This document shows positions 21,669 through 31,688 of a DNA stretch of 35,254 bases, one piece after another. The position numbers were made by a program, and so were the translations under genes. Every line of letters starts with the position of its first letter. The stretch's first letter is position 1. The stretch comes from an uncultured Alcaligenaceae bacterium (GTDB taxonomy: Bacteria; Pseudomonadota; Gammaproteobacteria; Burkholderiales; Casimicrobiaceae): positions 1 through 35,254 of the forward strand of contig CAZIZD010000002.1 of NCBI GenBank assembly GCA_964543615.1, read 5' to 3'. The notes below the pieces were generated by a model. That model had not been told where the DNA came from. It did no database searches and saw only the letters and a program-made list of their open reading frames with translations.

Positions 21669-22337
21669 ATGACGCTGCCGCCACTTTCGCTGCTCGAGAC
21701 GCGCATCCTCGGCGTGCTCGTGGAGAAGCAACATACGGTGCCCGACACCTATCCCCTCACGCTCAACGCGCTCGTGGCGGGCTGCAACCAGAAGACGAGC
21801 CGCGATCCCGTGATCGAGGCGAGCGAAGCGGAAGTGCAGACCGCCGTCGACCACATGAAGTCTCTTTCGCTCGTGGTCGAATCGAGCGGCGGGCGCGTGA
21901 TGCGCTACGCCCACAACGTGCAGCGCGTGCTCGGCGTGCCGGCGCAGGCGGTGGCCCTGCTCGCCATGCTGATGCTGCGCGGGCCGCAGACCGCGGGCGA
22001 GCTTCGCATCCACGCCGACCGCCTGCACCGCTTCAGCGACATCTCGGCCGTGGAAGGATTCCTCGAGGAGCTTCGAGGGCGCGCGGACGGCGCGCTCGTG
22101 CAGGAGTTGCCGCGGCAGGCGGGCGCCCGCGAGACGCGGTGGACGCATCTGCTCTCGGGCGCACCCGCGATCGCCGCGCCCATGGCCGCCGCGGCGGACG
22201 CCCCTGCGCCCGCCGACAGGGTGGCGGTGGGCGAAGTGGCGGCGTTGCGGGCCGCGGTCGACGATCTGCGCACGCAGCTCGCGGCCATGCGGTCGGACGT
22301 CGACCGTCTCTTGTCCGAGCTCGGGATCTCGCGCTAG
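21669..22337 (+). CDS. yceH: YceH / DUF480 family protein
   Basis: RILGVLVEKQHTVPDTYPLTLNALVAGCNQKTSRDP, LMLRGPQTAGELR and RETRWTHLL. Confidence 0.9.
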   Translation: MTLPPLSLLETRILGVLVEKQHTVPDTYPLTLNALVAGCNQKTSRDPVIEASEAEVQTAVDHMKSLSLVVESSGGRVMRYAHNVQRVLGVPAQAVALLAMLMLRGPQTAGELRIHADRLHRFSDISAVEGFLEELRGRADGALVQELPRQAGARETRWTHLLSGAPAIAAPMAAAADAPAPADRVAVGEVAALRAAVDDLRTQLAAMRSDVDRLLSELGISR

Positions 22338-22387
22338 AGCGGCTTGCGCGTATAGTTTTCCCTCTTCACCACGACGCGAGGCGCATC

Positions 22388-22828
22388 ATGGGTTTGCTCG
22401 ACGGATTGCTCGGCCAATTGATGGGCGGAGGACAGCCGGACCCGCGGCAGCAGGGCGGTCTCGGCGGGTTGGGCGGCGCGGCGGGAGGTGCGGCGCTGAT
22501 CGGCATCGTGCTGCAGATGCTCCAGCGCAACGGCGGCATCGGCGGCCTCATGCAGCAGATGCAGCAGGCGGGCTACGGCTCGCAGGCGCAGTCGTGGGTC
22601 GGGACCGGCCAGAACGAGGCCATCTCGCCCGACGTGCTGTCGAAGATCTTCGGACAGGGACAGATGCAGGACATCGCGCGCCAGCTGGGACTTCCGCATG
22701 ACCAGGCCGCGAGCAGCGTGGCCCGTGCGCTGCCCGACGTCGTCGACCGCATGACCCCCAACGGCGCGATCCCGCAGGACAGCGACGACCTCGTCGCGCG
22801 AACGCTGCAGGAGCTGATGAAGCGCTAG
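22388..22828 (+). CDS. yidB: YidB / DUF937 family protein
   Basis: MGLLDGLLG, GGIGGL, SWVGTGQN and LPDVVDRMTPNG. GAGG SD and TATAGT -10 upstream. Confidence 0.88.
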   Translation: MGLLDGLLGQLMGGGQPDPRQQGGLGGLGGAAGGAALIGIVLQMLQRNGGIGGLMQQMQQAGYGSQAQSWVGTGQNEAISPDVLSKIFGQGQMQDIARQLGLPHDQAASSVARALPDVVDRMTPNGAIPQDSDDLVARTLQELMKR

Positions 22829-23283
22829 TCCTGCTTCCAGGGCAGGCCGGCCATCTGCCAGCCGTTGACGCGGCGCTGCCCCTGCGCGTTCTTGTCGCCC
22901 TCGAATCCTTCGAGGATGTTGAACGCCCTGGCATAGCCGTTCTGCGTGGCAAGCGCCGCGGCGTGACTCGAGCGCACGCCGCTGCGGCACAGGAACGCGA
23001 CGGGCCGGTCCCCTACCACCGCACCGCGAAGCTCATCCAGGAACTTCGCATTGCGGGTCTTCGCCGGATAGTCGTACCACTCGATGGGCTTGCTGCCCGG
23101 CACGTAGCCGATGAGGTCGCGCTCGGCGTTTGTGCGGGTGTCCACGAGGTCGATGGCCCCGGCCTCGAGCAGCGTCCACGCCTCGCGCGGCGTGAGCAGT
23201 CCCGCCATCGGGGCATTGGCGTCCTTCGCGCGCTGCGCCGCGGCGGCGAAGATGGAGGTGATGGCTTTTGCGTCTGCGCTCAT
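22825..23283 (-). CDS. Single-domain rhodanese-like sulfurtransferase
   Basis: LVDTRT, active-site loop FLCRSGVRS, and NILEGFEG…GW…GLPW. Confidence 0.9.
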   Translation of the reverse strand: MSADAKAITSIFAAAAQRAKDANAPMAGLLTPREAWTLLEAGAIDLVDTRTNAERDLIGYVPGSKPIEWYDYPAKTRNAKFLDELRGAVVGDRPVAFLCRSGVRSSHAAALATQNGYARAFNILEGFEGDKNAQGQRRVNGWQMAGLPWKQD

Positions 23284-23316
23284 GCACTCATTCTATCGTG
23301 AGACAATCGCGTCGCC

Positions 23317-24150
23317 TTGGACGCATCGCCTTCCCTCCTCGTCGCCCTGATCCTCGGAATCGTCGAAGGGCTGACCGAGTTCCTCCCCATTTCGTCGACC
23401 GGCCACCTCATCGTGGCGGGCTCGCTGCTCGGCTACACGGGCGAGCATGCCAAGGTCTTCGAGATCGTGATCCAGTCGGGCGCAATCCTCGCGGTGTGCT
23501 GGGAGTTCCGCGCCCGTCTCACGCGCGTGGTGCGCGGCCTCTTCCGCGATCCGCGCGCGAACCGTTTCGCGATCAACCTGGTCGTCGCGTTCATGCCGGC
23601 GGCGGCGCTGGGCTTCCTGCTCGGCAAGTACATCAAGGCCGCACTGTTCGCGCCGGTGCCGGTCGCAATCGCCTTTGTCGCGGGTGCGCTCGTCATCCTG
23701 TGGGCCGAGCGCCGCCAGCGCGATCGACCCGACACGGTGCGCATCGACGACGTCGACGCGATGCGCTGGACCGACGCGCTCAAGGTCGGATGCGCGCAGG
23801 CGTTCGCGCTGGTGCCCGGAACGTCGCGCTCGGGGGCGACCATCATCGGCGGCATGCTGTTCGGCCTGTCGCGCCGCGCGGCGACCGAGTTCTCGTTCTT
23901 CCTCGCGATCCCCACGTTGCTTGCCGCCTGCGTATACGAAACGGTGAAGAACCGCCACCTGCTCGCGGCCACCGACCTGCCGGCGTTCGGCGTGGGCTTC
24001 GCGGCGGCGTTCGTCTCGGCATTCCTGTGCGTGCGCTGGCTCATCCGCTTCGTGAGTCATCACGACTTCACGCCGTTCGCGTGGTATCGCATCGCGTTCG
24101 GGCTCGTGATCCTCGTCACGGCGTACACGGGGCTCGTGTCGTGGGATTAG
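23317..24150 (+). CDS. uppP: Undecaprenyl-diphosphate phosphatase UppP/BacA
   Basis: [40 protein letters not shown] and FAWYRI. TTG start. Confidence 0.96.
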   Translation: MDASPSLLVALILGIVEGLTEFLPISSTGHLIVAGSLLGYTGEHAKVFEIVIQSGAILAVCWEFRARLTRVVRGLFRDPRANRFAINLVVAFMPAAALGFLLGKYIKAALFAPVPVAIAFVAGALVILWAERRQRDRPDTVRIDDVDAMRWTDALKVGCAQAFALVPGTSRSGATIIGGMLFGLSRRAATEFSFFLAIPTLLAACVYETVKNRHLLAATDLPAFGVGFAAAFVSAFLCVRWLIRFVSHHDFTPFAWYRIAFGLVILVTAYTGLVSWD

Positions 24151-24169
24151 CCGTCGCAGCCTCCTGCTG

Positions 24170-25105
24170 ATGCAGGCGCGCTGGATCGGGCCTGCCTGCG
24201 CCGTTGTCGGCGTGGCGGGCTTCTCGTTCAAGGCGATCTTCGTCAAGCTTGCGTTCCGCGACAGCACCGTCGACGTGTCGACACTGCTCGCGCTGCGCAT
24301 GATCTACGCGGCGCCGCTGCTGGTGGCCATGGCCTGGTACGCGTCGCGACAGTCGGCCACACCGCGCTTGAGCCGAAGGGACTGGGCGCGCATCGTGTGG
24401 CTGGGCTTCACCGCCTATTACCTCGCGAGCTTCCTCGACTTCATGGGGCTCCGCTACATCAGCGCCTCGCTGGAACGACTCATCCTGTATCTCTACCCGA
24501 CCTTCGTCGTGATCCTGTCGGCGCTGCTCCTCGGTGTGCCGATCACGCGGCGGGCGGCCGCGGCGCTGTTCTTGTCGTACGCGGGCATCGTCGTTGCCTT
24601 TGCGCACGACCTCCGGTTCGCCGGCAATCCGCGCGACACGGTGATCGGCAGCCTGCTCGTGCTCGGATGCGCGATCCTGTACGCGCTCTACCTCGTGCAA
24701 AGCGGCGCGCTCATCGCGCGGCTTGGCTCGCTGCGGTTCATCGCGTGGGCGATGCTCGTCTCTGCGGCGTTCGCCGTGCTTCAGTTCCTGGTCGTCAATC
24801 CGTTGAGTGCGCTCAGGGTCTCGCCGCGCGTGCACGCACTGTCGTTCGGGATGGCGGTCGTGGCGACGGTGGTCCCCACCTGGCTGATCGCGGAGTCGAT
24901 CCGCCGCATCGGCGCCAACCAGTCCTCGCTGATCGGCGCGATGGGGCCCATGATCACGATGGGCCTCGGCGCGATGATCCTGGGCGAGCCTTTCGAAGCG
25001 CTGCAGGTGGCAGGCGCGGCCCTGGTGCTCGCGGGCGTGCTGCTCGTCTCCCTGCGCCCTGCGCGCACGAACGCGCTGGCCGAGGCCGCCGTTCCCGAGC
25101 GCTAA
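24170..25105 (+). CDS. DMT/EamA family transporter
   Basis: About 10 hydrophobic segments; FSFKAIFVKL, YYLASFLDFMGL…SASLERLILYLYPT and LGEP. Confidence 0.9.
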   Translation: MQARWIGPACAVVGVAGFSFKAIFVKLAFRDSTVDVSTLLALRMIYAAPLLVAMAWYASRQSATPRLSRRDWARIVWLGFTAYYLASFLDFMGLRYISASLERLILYLYPTFVVILSALLLGVPITRRAAAALFLSYAGIVVAFAHDLRFAGNPRDTVIGSLLVLGCAILYALYLVQSGALIARLGSLRFIAWAMLVSAAFAVLQFLVVNPLSALRVSPRVHALSFGMAVVATVVPTWLIAESIRRIGANQSSLIGAMGPMITMGLGAMILGEPFEALQVAGAALVLAGVLLVSLRPARTNALAEAAVPER

Positions 25106-25141
25106 ACTAGGCACTCTTTCGCAACTTCGCCCGAGGCGAAC

Positions 25142-26629
25142 ATGCCCCCCGACACGATCGAACGCGCGATTCCCGCGCTCGCCGACTCTTCGCTCTTCCG
25201 CACGCAGTGCCACGTCGACGGCCGATGGATCGACGCGGACGACGGCGCGACATTCCCCATCCGCAATCCCGCGACCGGCGCCACCGTCGGCACCGTGCCC
25301 GACTGCGGCGCGCCCGAGACTCGGCGCGCAATCGATGCCGCCAGCCGCGCGTGGCCCGCGTGGCGCGATGCGCTCGCCAAGGACCGCTGCGCAATCGTGC
25401 GCAAGTGGTGCGAGCTCATCCTCCAGCACGCCGATGACCTGGCGCTCATCCTCACCACCGAGCAGGGCAAGCCCCTCGCGGAGGCGAAGGCCGAGATCGC
25501 GATCGGCGCCGCGTACGTCGAGTGGTTTGCCGAGGAGGGCAAGCGCGTCTACGGTGACGTGATCCCGACCATCGGCAACGACCGCCGCCTCGTCGTGGTG
25601 AAGCAGGCCGTGGGCGTGTGCGCGGCGATCACGCCGTGGAACTTCCCGCACTCGATGATCACGCGCAAGGTGGCGCCCGCGCTCGCTGCGGGCTGCACGG
25701 TGGTGTGCAAGCCGGCGGAGGCCACGCCCTATTCGGCGCTCGCGCTCGCCGAGCTCGCGCAGCGGGCGGGCTTTCCTCCCGGCGTGTTCAACGTCGTCGT
25801 GGGCGATGCGCCACAGATCGGCCGCGAGCTGTGCGCGAACGCGACGGTGCGCAAGCTCTCCTTCACCGGCTCCACCGAAGTGGGCCGCATCCTGATGGCC
25901 CAATGCGCGCCCACGATCAAGAAGCTGTCGCTCGAGCTCGGCGGCAACGCACCATTCATCGTGTTCGACGACGCCGACCTCGATGCAGCCGCGGAAGGCG
26001 CAATCGTCTCGAAGTATCGCAACACGGGCCAGACCTGCGTGTGCGCGAACCGTCTCTTCGTGCAGGACGGCGTATACGACGCGTTCGCCGCGAAGCTCGC
26101 GGAGCGCGTGGCGAAGCTCGTCGTGGGCCACGGTCTCGCGCCGGGCGTGACACAGGGCCCGCTCATCAACGACGAGGCGCTCGCGAAGGTCGAGGACCAC
26201 GTGGCCGACGCGACGCGGCGCGGCGCGAAGGTGGTGACGGGCGGCAGGCGGCACGCCCTCGGTGGAACCTTCTACGAGCCCACCGTCCTCACGCACGTGA
26301 CGCGCGACATGAAGATCTTCTCGGAGGAGACCTTCGGGCCCATCGCGCCTCTCATCCGCTTCACGGACGACGCTGAAGTCGTTGCGATGGCCAACGACAG
26401 CGAGTTCGGCCTCGCCTCGTACTTCTACACGCGCGACGTCGGACGCGCCTGGCGCGTTGCGGAGCAGCTCGAGGCCGGGATGGTGGGCGTGAACACGGGC
26501 CTCATCACGACGCAGGTCGCGCCATTCGGCGGCGTCAAGCAGTCGGGACTGGGCCGCGAAGGCAGCAAGTACGGCATCGACGAGTACGTCGAGGTGAAGT
26601 ACATCTGCTTCGGCGGAATCGGACCTTGA
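25142..26629 (+). CDS. gabD: NAD(P)-dependent succinate-semialdehyde dehydrogenase (GabD-like)
   Basis: ITPWNFP, SFTGSTEVG, LELGGNAPF, GQTCVCANR, EETFGP and PFGGVKQSGLGREGS. Confidence 0.9.
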   Translation: MPPDTIERAIPALADSSLFRTQCHVDGRWIDADDGATFPIRNPATGATVGTVPDCGAPETRRAIDAASRAWPAWRDALAKDRCAIVRKWCELILQHADDLALILTTEQGKPLAEAKAEIAIGAAYVEWFAEEGKRVYGDVIPTIGNDRRLVVVKQAVGVCAAITPWNFPHSMITRKVAPALAAGCTVVCKPAEATPYSALALAELAQRAGFPPGVFNVVVGDAPQIGRELCANATVRKLSFTGSTEVGRILMAQCAPTIKKLSLELGGNAPFIVFDDADLDAAAEGAIVSKYRNTGQTCVCANRLFVQDGVYDAFAAKLAERVAKLVVGHGLAPGVTQGPLINDEALAKVEDHVADATRRGAKVVTGGRRHALGGTFYEPTVLTHVTRDMKIFSEETFGPIAPLIRFTDDAEVVAMANDSEFGLASYFYTRDVGRAWRVAEQLEAGMVGVNTGLITTQVAPFGGVKQSGLGREGSKYGIDEYVEVKYICFGGIGP

Positions 26630-26643
26630 GGCGGCGCGCGCAG

Positions 26644-26673
26644 GTCGCCCGCAGGGCGGCCCCCGCGGGCGAC
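26644..26673. terminator. Hairpin between convergent gabD and the small ORF
   Basis: GTCGCCCGC…GCGGGCGAC, a perfect 9-bp arm with extendable inner pairing. No clear U-tract. Confidence 0.5.
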
Positions 26674-26692
26674 GGAATCCATCGGACGTTTT

Positions 26693-26944
26693 CTAGAACG
26701 TCGGCGCCTGCGTTCCCGCGTCGGCCGCAGTGGGCCGCAGGTTGTCGGGCAGCGCGAAGCCGTCGATGGGTACGCTCGCCTGCGACGTACGGACCGGTTC
26801 GGCCTTGGGCATCGCGTGTGGCGCGACGAAGAATGCGTGATCGGCCATCACCGCCACCGACCCCAGGATAAGCACCAGCGCCAAGGCCTTGAGGCCGCGT
26901 CCGGCGGTGCTGCGTTCGAACGCTTCCGATTCGATCGTTGCCAT
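26693..26944 (-). CDS. Small hypothetical single-TM protein (83 aa)
   Basis: GGAGAG SD, a TACATT -10-like hexamer, one hydrophobic helix (LKALALVLILGSVAVMA) and the C-terminus QAPTF. Fills the gap between gabD and the Crp gene. Confidence 0.6.
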   Translation of the reverse strand: MATIESEAFERSTAGRGLKALALVLILGSVAVMADHAFFVAPHAMPKAEPVRTSQASVPIDGFALPDNLRPTAADAGTQAPTF

Positions 26945-27084
26945 TTCGCTCTCCAGTCGACCGCGCGTCGATCGCGCGTGAAGCCAATGTAGGCTTGCAG
27001 GAGAGTGCAGCCGATGGAACTTTCGGCCGGCGGCATGCGGAATTTTCCCGTGGACACTCGAAGAGGCGGCGTGCCCGCGGCGGG

Positions 27085-27729
27085 CTACCAGCCCGGCGGC
27101 AGACGCTTCAGTATCGTGATGCGGCGGTCCTCGGTGGCGAGATAGCCGCCGGCGACCAGGTCCTTCATGAGCTTGCCGATCATGTCGCGCGACGCGCCGA
27201 CGCGATCGGCGATGTCCTGCTGCGTGAGGCGCTCCTCGACGACCATGCGCCCATCCTGTTCGACGGCGAGCGCGTTGATGAGGCGCACCATGCGCCCGTA
27301 GACGTCCGAGAGTGCCAGGCTCTTCACGTTCTCGGTCGCGCTGCGGCAGCGGCGGATGAGCGTCTGGATGAGGTGCTGCGCAAAGTCCGGATTCTGCGCG
27401 AGGAAGTCGCGCAGCTGCGCGCGATTGACGATCGCGCACGTGGTCGGCTCCACGGTCATCACGGACGCGGAGCGCGGCTCGCCGTCGAGCGACATCTCGC
27501 CCACGTACTCGCCGGGCCCGTGAAAGTTGAGGACGACCTCGCGCCCGGCGGCGTTGCTCGCGTAGACCTTCACGCGGCCGGTCAGCACGATGTAGAGCGT
27601 GTCGCCGACGTCGCCCTCGGCGATCAGCACGGTGTTCTTGGGATACGAGCGGACCACGCCCGAGGCAGTGATCTGCCTCAGGGCCTCATCGTGAAGAGGC
27701 GGGCCGGACGGCGCGAGAGTCTCGGACAA
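27085..27729 (-). CDS. Crp/Fnr family transcriptional regulator
   Basis: cNMP-binding GEYVGEMSLDGEPRSASV and HTH LTQQDIADRVGASRDMIGK. TTG start with a GAGGA SD. Confidence 0.92.
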   Translation of the reverse strand: MSETLAPSGPPLHDEALRQITASGVVRSYPKNTVLIAEGDVGDTLYIVLTGRVKVYASNAAGREVVLNFHGPGEYVGEMSLDGEPRSASVMTVEPTTCAIVNRAQLRDFLAQNPDFAQHLIQTLIRRCRSATENVKSLALSDVYGRMVRLINALAVEQDGRMVVEERLTQQDIADRVGASRDMIGKLMKDLVAGGYLATEDRRITILKRLPPGW

Positions 27730-27779
27730 AGCTGACGGTCCTCGAAGAGAACGTGCCTCGATGCTAGCACGCGCGCGCG

Positions 27780-29015
27780 TCAGTCGTACTTGCGCGAGTC
27801 CTCGATGACCTTGCCGTCGTTCGGCAACTCACCGGGCTGCCTGAACGCGACCTCGCCGCGCAGCTTGGTGACCTCGCGGATCGACGCCACGATCGACTCA
27901 GCGTGGGACGACGCGTTGGCCGGGACCTCCACCAAAAGCGTCATGCGATCGTTGCCGCCCGGGTTGTCGACCACGAGACGCGCACGCAACACCTCGGGAT
28001 GCCGGCTCACGATCGCCGCCACCTGCGACGGGTGGACGAACATACCCTTGACCTTGGTGGTCTGGTCGGCGCGCCCCATCCATCCCTTGATGCGCGCGTT
28101 CGTGCGGCCGCAAGGCGAAGTTCCCGTCATGAACGCGGACAAGTCGCCGGTGCCGAAGCGCACGAGCGGGTAATCGGTGTTGAAGAGCGTCGTGACCACG
28201 ACCTCGCCGACTTCACCCTCGGGCACCGGAACGCCGGTGCCCGGCCGCACGATCTCGACCAGCACGCCCTCGTCGATGACGAGCCCTTCGCGCGCTTCCG
28301 TCTCGTACGCGATGCATCCCAGATCGGCGGTCGCGTAGGTCTGGTATCCCGCAATGCCGCGCGCGAGCCACGCGTCGCGCAGGCTGGGCGGAAACGCCTC
28401 GCCCGACACCATGGCCTTCGTGAGCGACGGCAGCACGACGCGAAGCTCGTCGGCTTTTTCGAGAATGATCCGGAGAAAGGACGGCGTGCCCACGTAGCCG
28501 TTCGGAGCGAGGTCGGACATCGCCTGCACCTGCAGCTCGGTCTGGCCGATGCCGCCGGGAAAGACGGTGCAGCCAAGCGCGAAGGCGCCGCACTCGACCA
28601 TGGAGCCCGCCGGCGTCAGGTGATACGAAAAGCCGTTGTGCACGAGATCGCCCGCGCGAAAGCCCGCCGCGTACATGGGACGCGCCATGCGCCAGTAGTC
28701 GGGACGCGCACCCTCCGGCTCGTAGATCGCACCCGGGCTCTGGAAGACGCGCCTCGCCTCGCCCCACCGCGTGGCCGCAAAGCCCCCGAAGGGCCGCGAT
28801 CCCTTCTGCAGTTCGGCAAGCTCGGACTTGCGCGTGACCGGGAGCGCCGCCAGCGCCGCGAACGACGTGATGGATTCCGAATCGACGCCCGCGAGGCGCT
28901 GCGCGAATGCGGGCGCGTTGGCCTTGGCATGGGCGATCTGCCCGCGCAGCGACGCGAGTTGCTGCTGCCGCCGGACCTCCGGGTCGCGGGTCTCCAGCGT
29001 GTCGAAGTGATTCAT
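27780..29015 (-). CDS. Phenylacetate-CoA ligase-like (PaaK family) AMP-forming ligase
   Basis: LPVTRKSEL, FSYHLTPAG, YVGTPSFL, YATADLG, RFGTGDLS and GRADQTTKVKGMFVHP. Confidence 0.88.
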   Translation of the reverse strand: MNHFDTLETRDPEVRRQQQLASLRGQIAHAKANAPAFAQRLAGVDSESITSFAALAALPVTRKSELAELQKGSRPFGGFAATRWGEARRVFQSPGAIYEPEGARPDYWRMARPMYAAGFRAGDLVHNGFSYHLTPAGSMVECGAFALGCTVFPGGIGQTELQVQAMSDLAPNGYVGTPSFLRIILEKADELRVVLPSLTKAMVSGEAFPPSLRDAWLARGIAGYQTYATADLGCIAYETEAREGLVIDEGVLVEIVRPGTGVPVPEGEVGEVVVTTLFNTDYPLVRFGTGDLSAFMTGTSPCGRTNARIKGWMGRADQTTKVKGMFVHPSQVAAIVSRHPEVLRARLVVDNPGGNDRMTLLVEVPANASSHAESIVASIREVTKLRGEVAFRQPGELPNDGKVIEDSRKYD

Positions 29016-29043
29016 TGGAGTGCCTCCACGAAGCGACCGGGCC

Positions 29044-29415
29044 TCATCGCGTGCCCGCGATCGCATCGCGCTCCTTCTTGGGGAGCTTGGCCATGACGAG
29101 CGCGTGGGAGCGCGCGACGAGCTCCCGCGCCTGCGCCTCCGTCAGGGCCCTGTCGTTCTTGACCTGCACCCAGTGCGCCCGCGCGAGGTACGGCGCGGGC
29201 ACGATTCCGGGAACGTCGGTGAGCTCGAGGAAGCGCGCGGGCTCGCACTTGAAGCTCACGTTCCGCCCCTTGCGTCCGTCGAGCAGGAACACTGCGAACA
29301 TCCTGCCGCCCACGCAGTGGCACTCGTCGGCGCCCCACTTGATGTCCATCGTGGCGCCGGGAAGCGTCGCGCAGTACTTGCGGAGGGCATCGAAGTTCAC
29401 GCTCGGCGCTCGCAA
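29044..29415 (-). CDS. MmcQ/YjbR family DNA-binding protein
   Basis: CATLPGATMDIKWG, VGGRMFA, VSFKC and PAPYLARAHWV. Start could be TTG 29415 or GTG 29400. Confidence 0.88.
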   Translation of the reverse strand: MRAPSVNFDALRKYCATLPGATMDIKWGADECHCVGGRMFAVFLLDGRKGRNVSFKCEPARFLELTDVPGIVPAPYLARAHWVQVKNDRALTEAQARELVARSHALVMAKLPKKERDAIAGTR

Positions 29416-29421
29416 CGACGG

Positions 29422-30261
29422 TCAGGACAGCCACCGCTTCCTGCGCCGATAGTGCTTCACGTCGCGAAAGCTCTTGCGGCCCGACGACGAGAGCCCGAGG
29501 TAGAACTCCTTCACGTCCTCGTTGGACGCGAGGTAACCGGCTTCGCCGTCCATCACCACGCGGCCGTTCTCCAGAATGTAGCCGTAGTTGGCGTAGCGCA
29601 GCGCGACGCTCGTGTTCTGCTCCGCGAGCAGGAACGACACACGCTCCTTCGTGTTCAAGTCACGCACGATCTCGAAGATCTCCTCGACGATCTGCGGCGC
29701 AAGCCCCATCGACGGCTCGTCGAGCAGGATCATCGTCGGCTGCGCCATGAGCGCGCGTCCCACGGCGGTCATCTGCTGCTCGCCGCCCGACGTGTAGCCC
29801 GAGAGGCTCATGCGACGTTGCTTGAGCCTCGGGAAATAGTGGTACACCTTCTCGAGCGACTGCGCGATCTCGGCGCGCGATCCCCTGCGCGTGAACGCAC
29901 CGGTGAGCAGGTTCTCCTCGACGGTGAGGTGCGCGAAGCAATGCCGCCCCTCCATCACCTGGCACACGCCCATGCGCACGAGGTCGTTGGTCGTGAGCTT
30001 GTCGACGCGCTTGCCCTTGAACTCGATCGTGCCTTTGGTGACGTCGCCGCGCTCGGCGGCAAGCAGGTTCGAGATGGCCTTGAGAGTGGTGCTCTTGCCC
30101 GCGCCGTTGGCGCCCAGCAGCGCGACGATGCGCCCCTCGGGCACCTCGAGCGACACACCCTTCAGCACGAGTATGACGTGGTCGTAGATGACCTCGATGT
30201 TGTTGACCGAGAGATAGCTGCCGGCAGCGGGTGCGGTCGCGGGTTCCATGGTCGTCGTCAA
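29422..30261 (-). CDS. Liv-type ABC transporter ATP-binding protein (LivF-like)
   Basis: GANGAGKST, TSGGEQQM, LLDEPSMGLAP and AEQN. Start could be TTG 30261 or ATG 30249. Confidence 0.92.
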   Translation of the reverse strand: MTTTMEPATAPAAGSYLSVNNIEVIYDHVILVLKGVSLEVPEGRIVALLGANGAGKSTTLKAISNLLAAERGDVTKGTIEFKGKRVDKLTTNDLVRMGVCQVMEGRHCFAHLTVEENLLTGAFTRRGSRAEIAQSLEKVYHYFPRLKQRRMSLSGYTSGGEQQMTAVGRALMAQPTMILLDEPSMGLAPQIVEEIFEIVRDLNTKERVSFLLAEQNTSVALRYANYGYILENGRVVMDGEAGYLASNEDVKEFYLGLSSSGRKSFRDVKHYRRRKRWLS

Positions 30262-30263
30262 TG

Positions 30264-30291
30264 CCCTCTCCCCGCGCGAGCGGGAAGAGGG
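30264..30291. repeat. REP-like intercistronic palindrome CCCTCTCCCCGC-gcga-GCGGGAAGAGGG
   Basis: About 12-bp stem lying between the substrate-binding gene and the LivF-like gene. Confidence 0.6.
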
Positions 30292-30310
30292 TCGGGTTGC
30301 AGTGGCTGCC

Positions 30311-31621
30311 TTACTCCTTCGAGCAGTCGCGGATGGGGATCTTCTTCTCGGCGGCGTACTTGTTGGCGCCCTCGATCACCATCTTGCGCACGAACTCGCG
30401 GTCGCCTTCCATGAACGGCGCGACCTGCTTGAAGCCGGTGCCGGTCCACATCTGGAACTTGACCTTGCCCGAGCCCTCGTGATCCGCGCAGCTCGTCTTG
30501 ATCGGCGGGAAGAGACCGCCCGCGCCAAGCTCCTTGATGCGCGCTTCCGTGAGGTTCAGGTTCTCGAAGCCCCAGCGCATCTGCTCGCCGGTCATGACCT
30601 TGCCCTTTCCGTACTTCTCCTGCGCGACGCGCATGGCCTCGACCATCAGCATCCCGTAGACGACGCCGCGCGTGTACATGACGTTGCCGAGACGCGACGG
30701 ATCCTCGAGGTTGCCCTTGCCGGCGCCGTACACCTTCTTCTTGATGTCCTGCATCACCGGGAAGTCGGTGCCGGTCGCCGTGAACGACGCGCTCACGTAA
30801 CCCTTCGAGGCATCACCCGCGGGAATGACGTCCTCCTCCGAGCCCGCCCACCACACGCCGAGCAGCTTGTCGCGCGGATAGCCGGTCTTCGCGGCCGTCT
30901 TGAGCGCGACGGTGCTCATCACACCGTAGGTCCAGATGATCATGTAGTCGGGCTTGGCCTGGCGGACCTGGAGCCACTGCGACTCCTGCGTCTGGCCCGG
31001 GACCGGCACCGGAATCTTGAGCGTCTCGAAGCCATGACGTGCCGCGAGGGCGTCGAGCACGGGGATGGGCTCCTTGCCATATGAGGAGTCGTGATAGAGG
31101 AAGCCGACCTTCTTGCCTTTCAGCTTGTCCATCCCGCCTTCCTTCTGGCCCAGATAGGCGATCATCGCCGCCATCTGGTCCCAGTAGGTCGTGCCGAGCG
31201 GGAACACCCACGGGAACACGCGGCCGTCGGCGGCGATCGCGAGGCCGTAGCCGAACGTGGACATCGGAATCTTGTCCTGCGCGACGCGGTCGAACAGCCC
31301 GTACGCGATGCCCGTCGACAGGGGCTCGACGGTCGAAGCGCCGCCGTTCTTCTTCTTGAGCCGCTCGTAGCACTCGACACCCTTGGAGGCGTTGTACTCC
31401 GTCTCGCACTCCTCCCACATGAGCTTCACGCCGTTGACGCCGCCGTTCATGTTGACCAGCGTCCAGTAGTCGATGGCGCCGCCGTAGTACCCCGAGCCGC
31501 CGGCCGCCGACGGACCGACACGATACGACAGCACCGGCACGAACTGCTGGTTCTGTGCGCCTGCCACGGCAGTCACCGCGAGCAGCGCCGCGCCGATCAG
31601 CGCGTTCCTGATTGCCTTCAT
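30311..31621 (-). CDS. ABC transporter periplasmic substrate-binding protein (Liv/PBP type 1)
   Basis: AAGGAGG SD, signal peptide, GGVNGV, ECETEY…GVECYERLK and SCADHEG. Confidence 0.9.
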   Translation of the reverse strand: MKAIRNALIGAALLAVTAVAGAQNQQFVPVLSYRVGPSAAGGSGYYGGAIDYWTLVNMNGGVNGVKLMWEECETEYNASKGVECYERLKKKNGGASTVEPLSTGIAYGLFDRVAQDKIPMSTFGYGLAIAADGRVFPWVFPLGTTYWDQMAAMIAYLGQKEGGMDKLKGKKVGFLYHDSSYGKEPIPVLDALAARHGFETLKIPVPVPGQTQESQWLQVRQAKPDYMIIWTYGVMSTVALKTAAKTGYPRDKLLGVWWAGSEEDVIPAGDASKGYVSASFTATGTDFPVMQDIKKKVYGAGKGNLEDPSRLGNVMYTRGVVYGMLMVEAMRVAQEKYGKGKVMTGEQMRWGFENLNLTEARIKELGAGGLFPPIKTSCADHEGSGKVKFQMWTGTGFKQVAPFMEGDREFVRKMVIEGANKYAAEKKIPIRDCSKE

Positions 31622-31688
31622 TGCATCCTCCTTAGAGATACACATCCGAAAAACATCTGCCAGACTCGCGATTCCTCACTTTGCGCCG

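Noticed and set aside
27010-27055. GGAAAATTCC / GAAAGTTCC elements upstream of the small ORF as a Crp site
   Set aside because: They do not match the Crp/Fnr consensus and are too short to support without comparative data.
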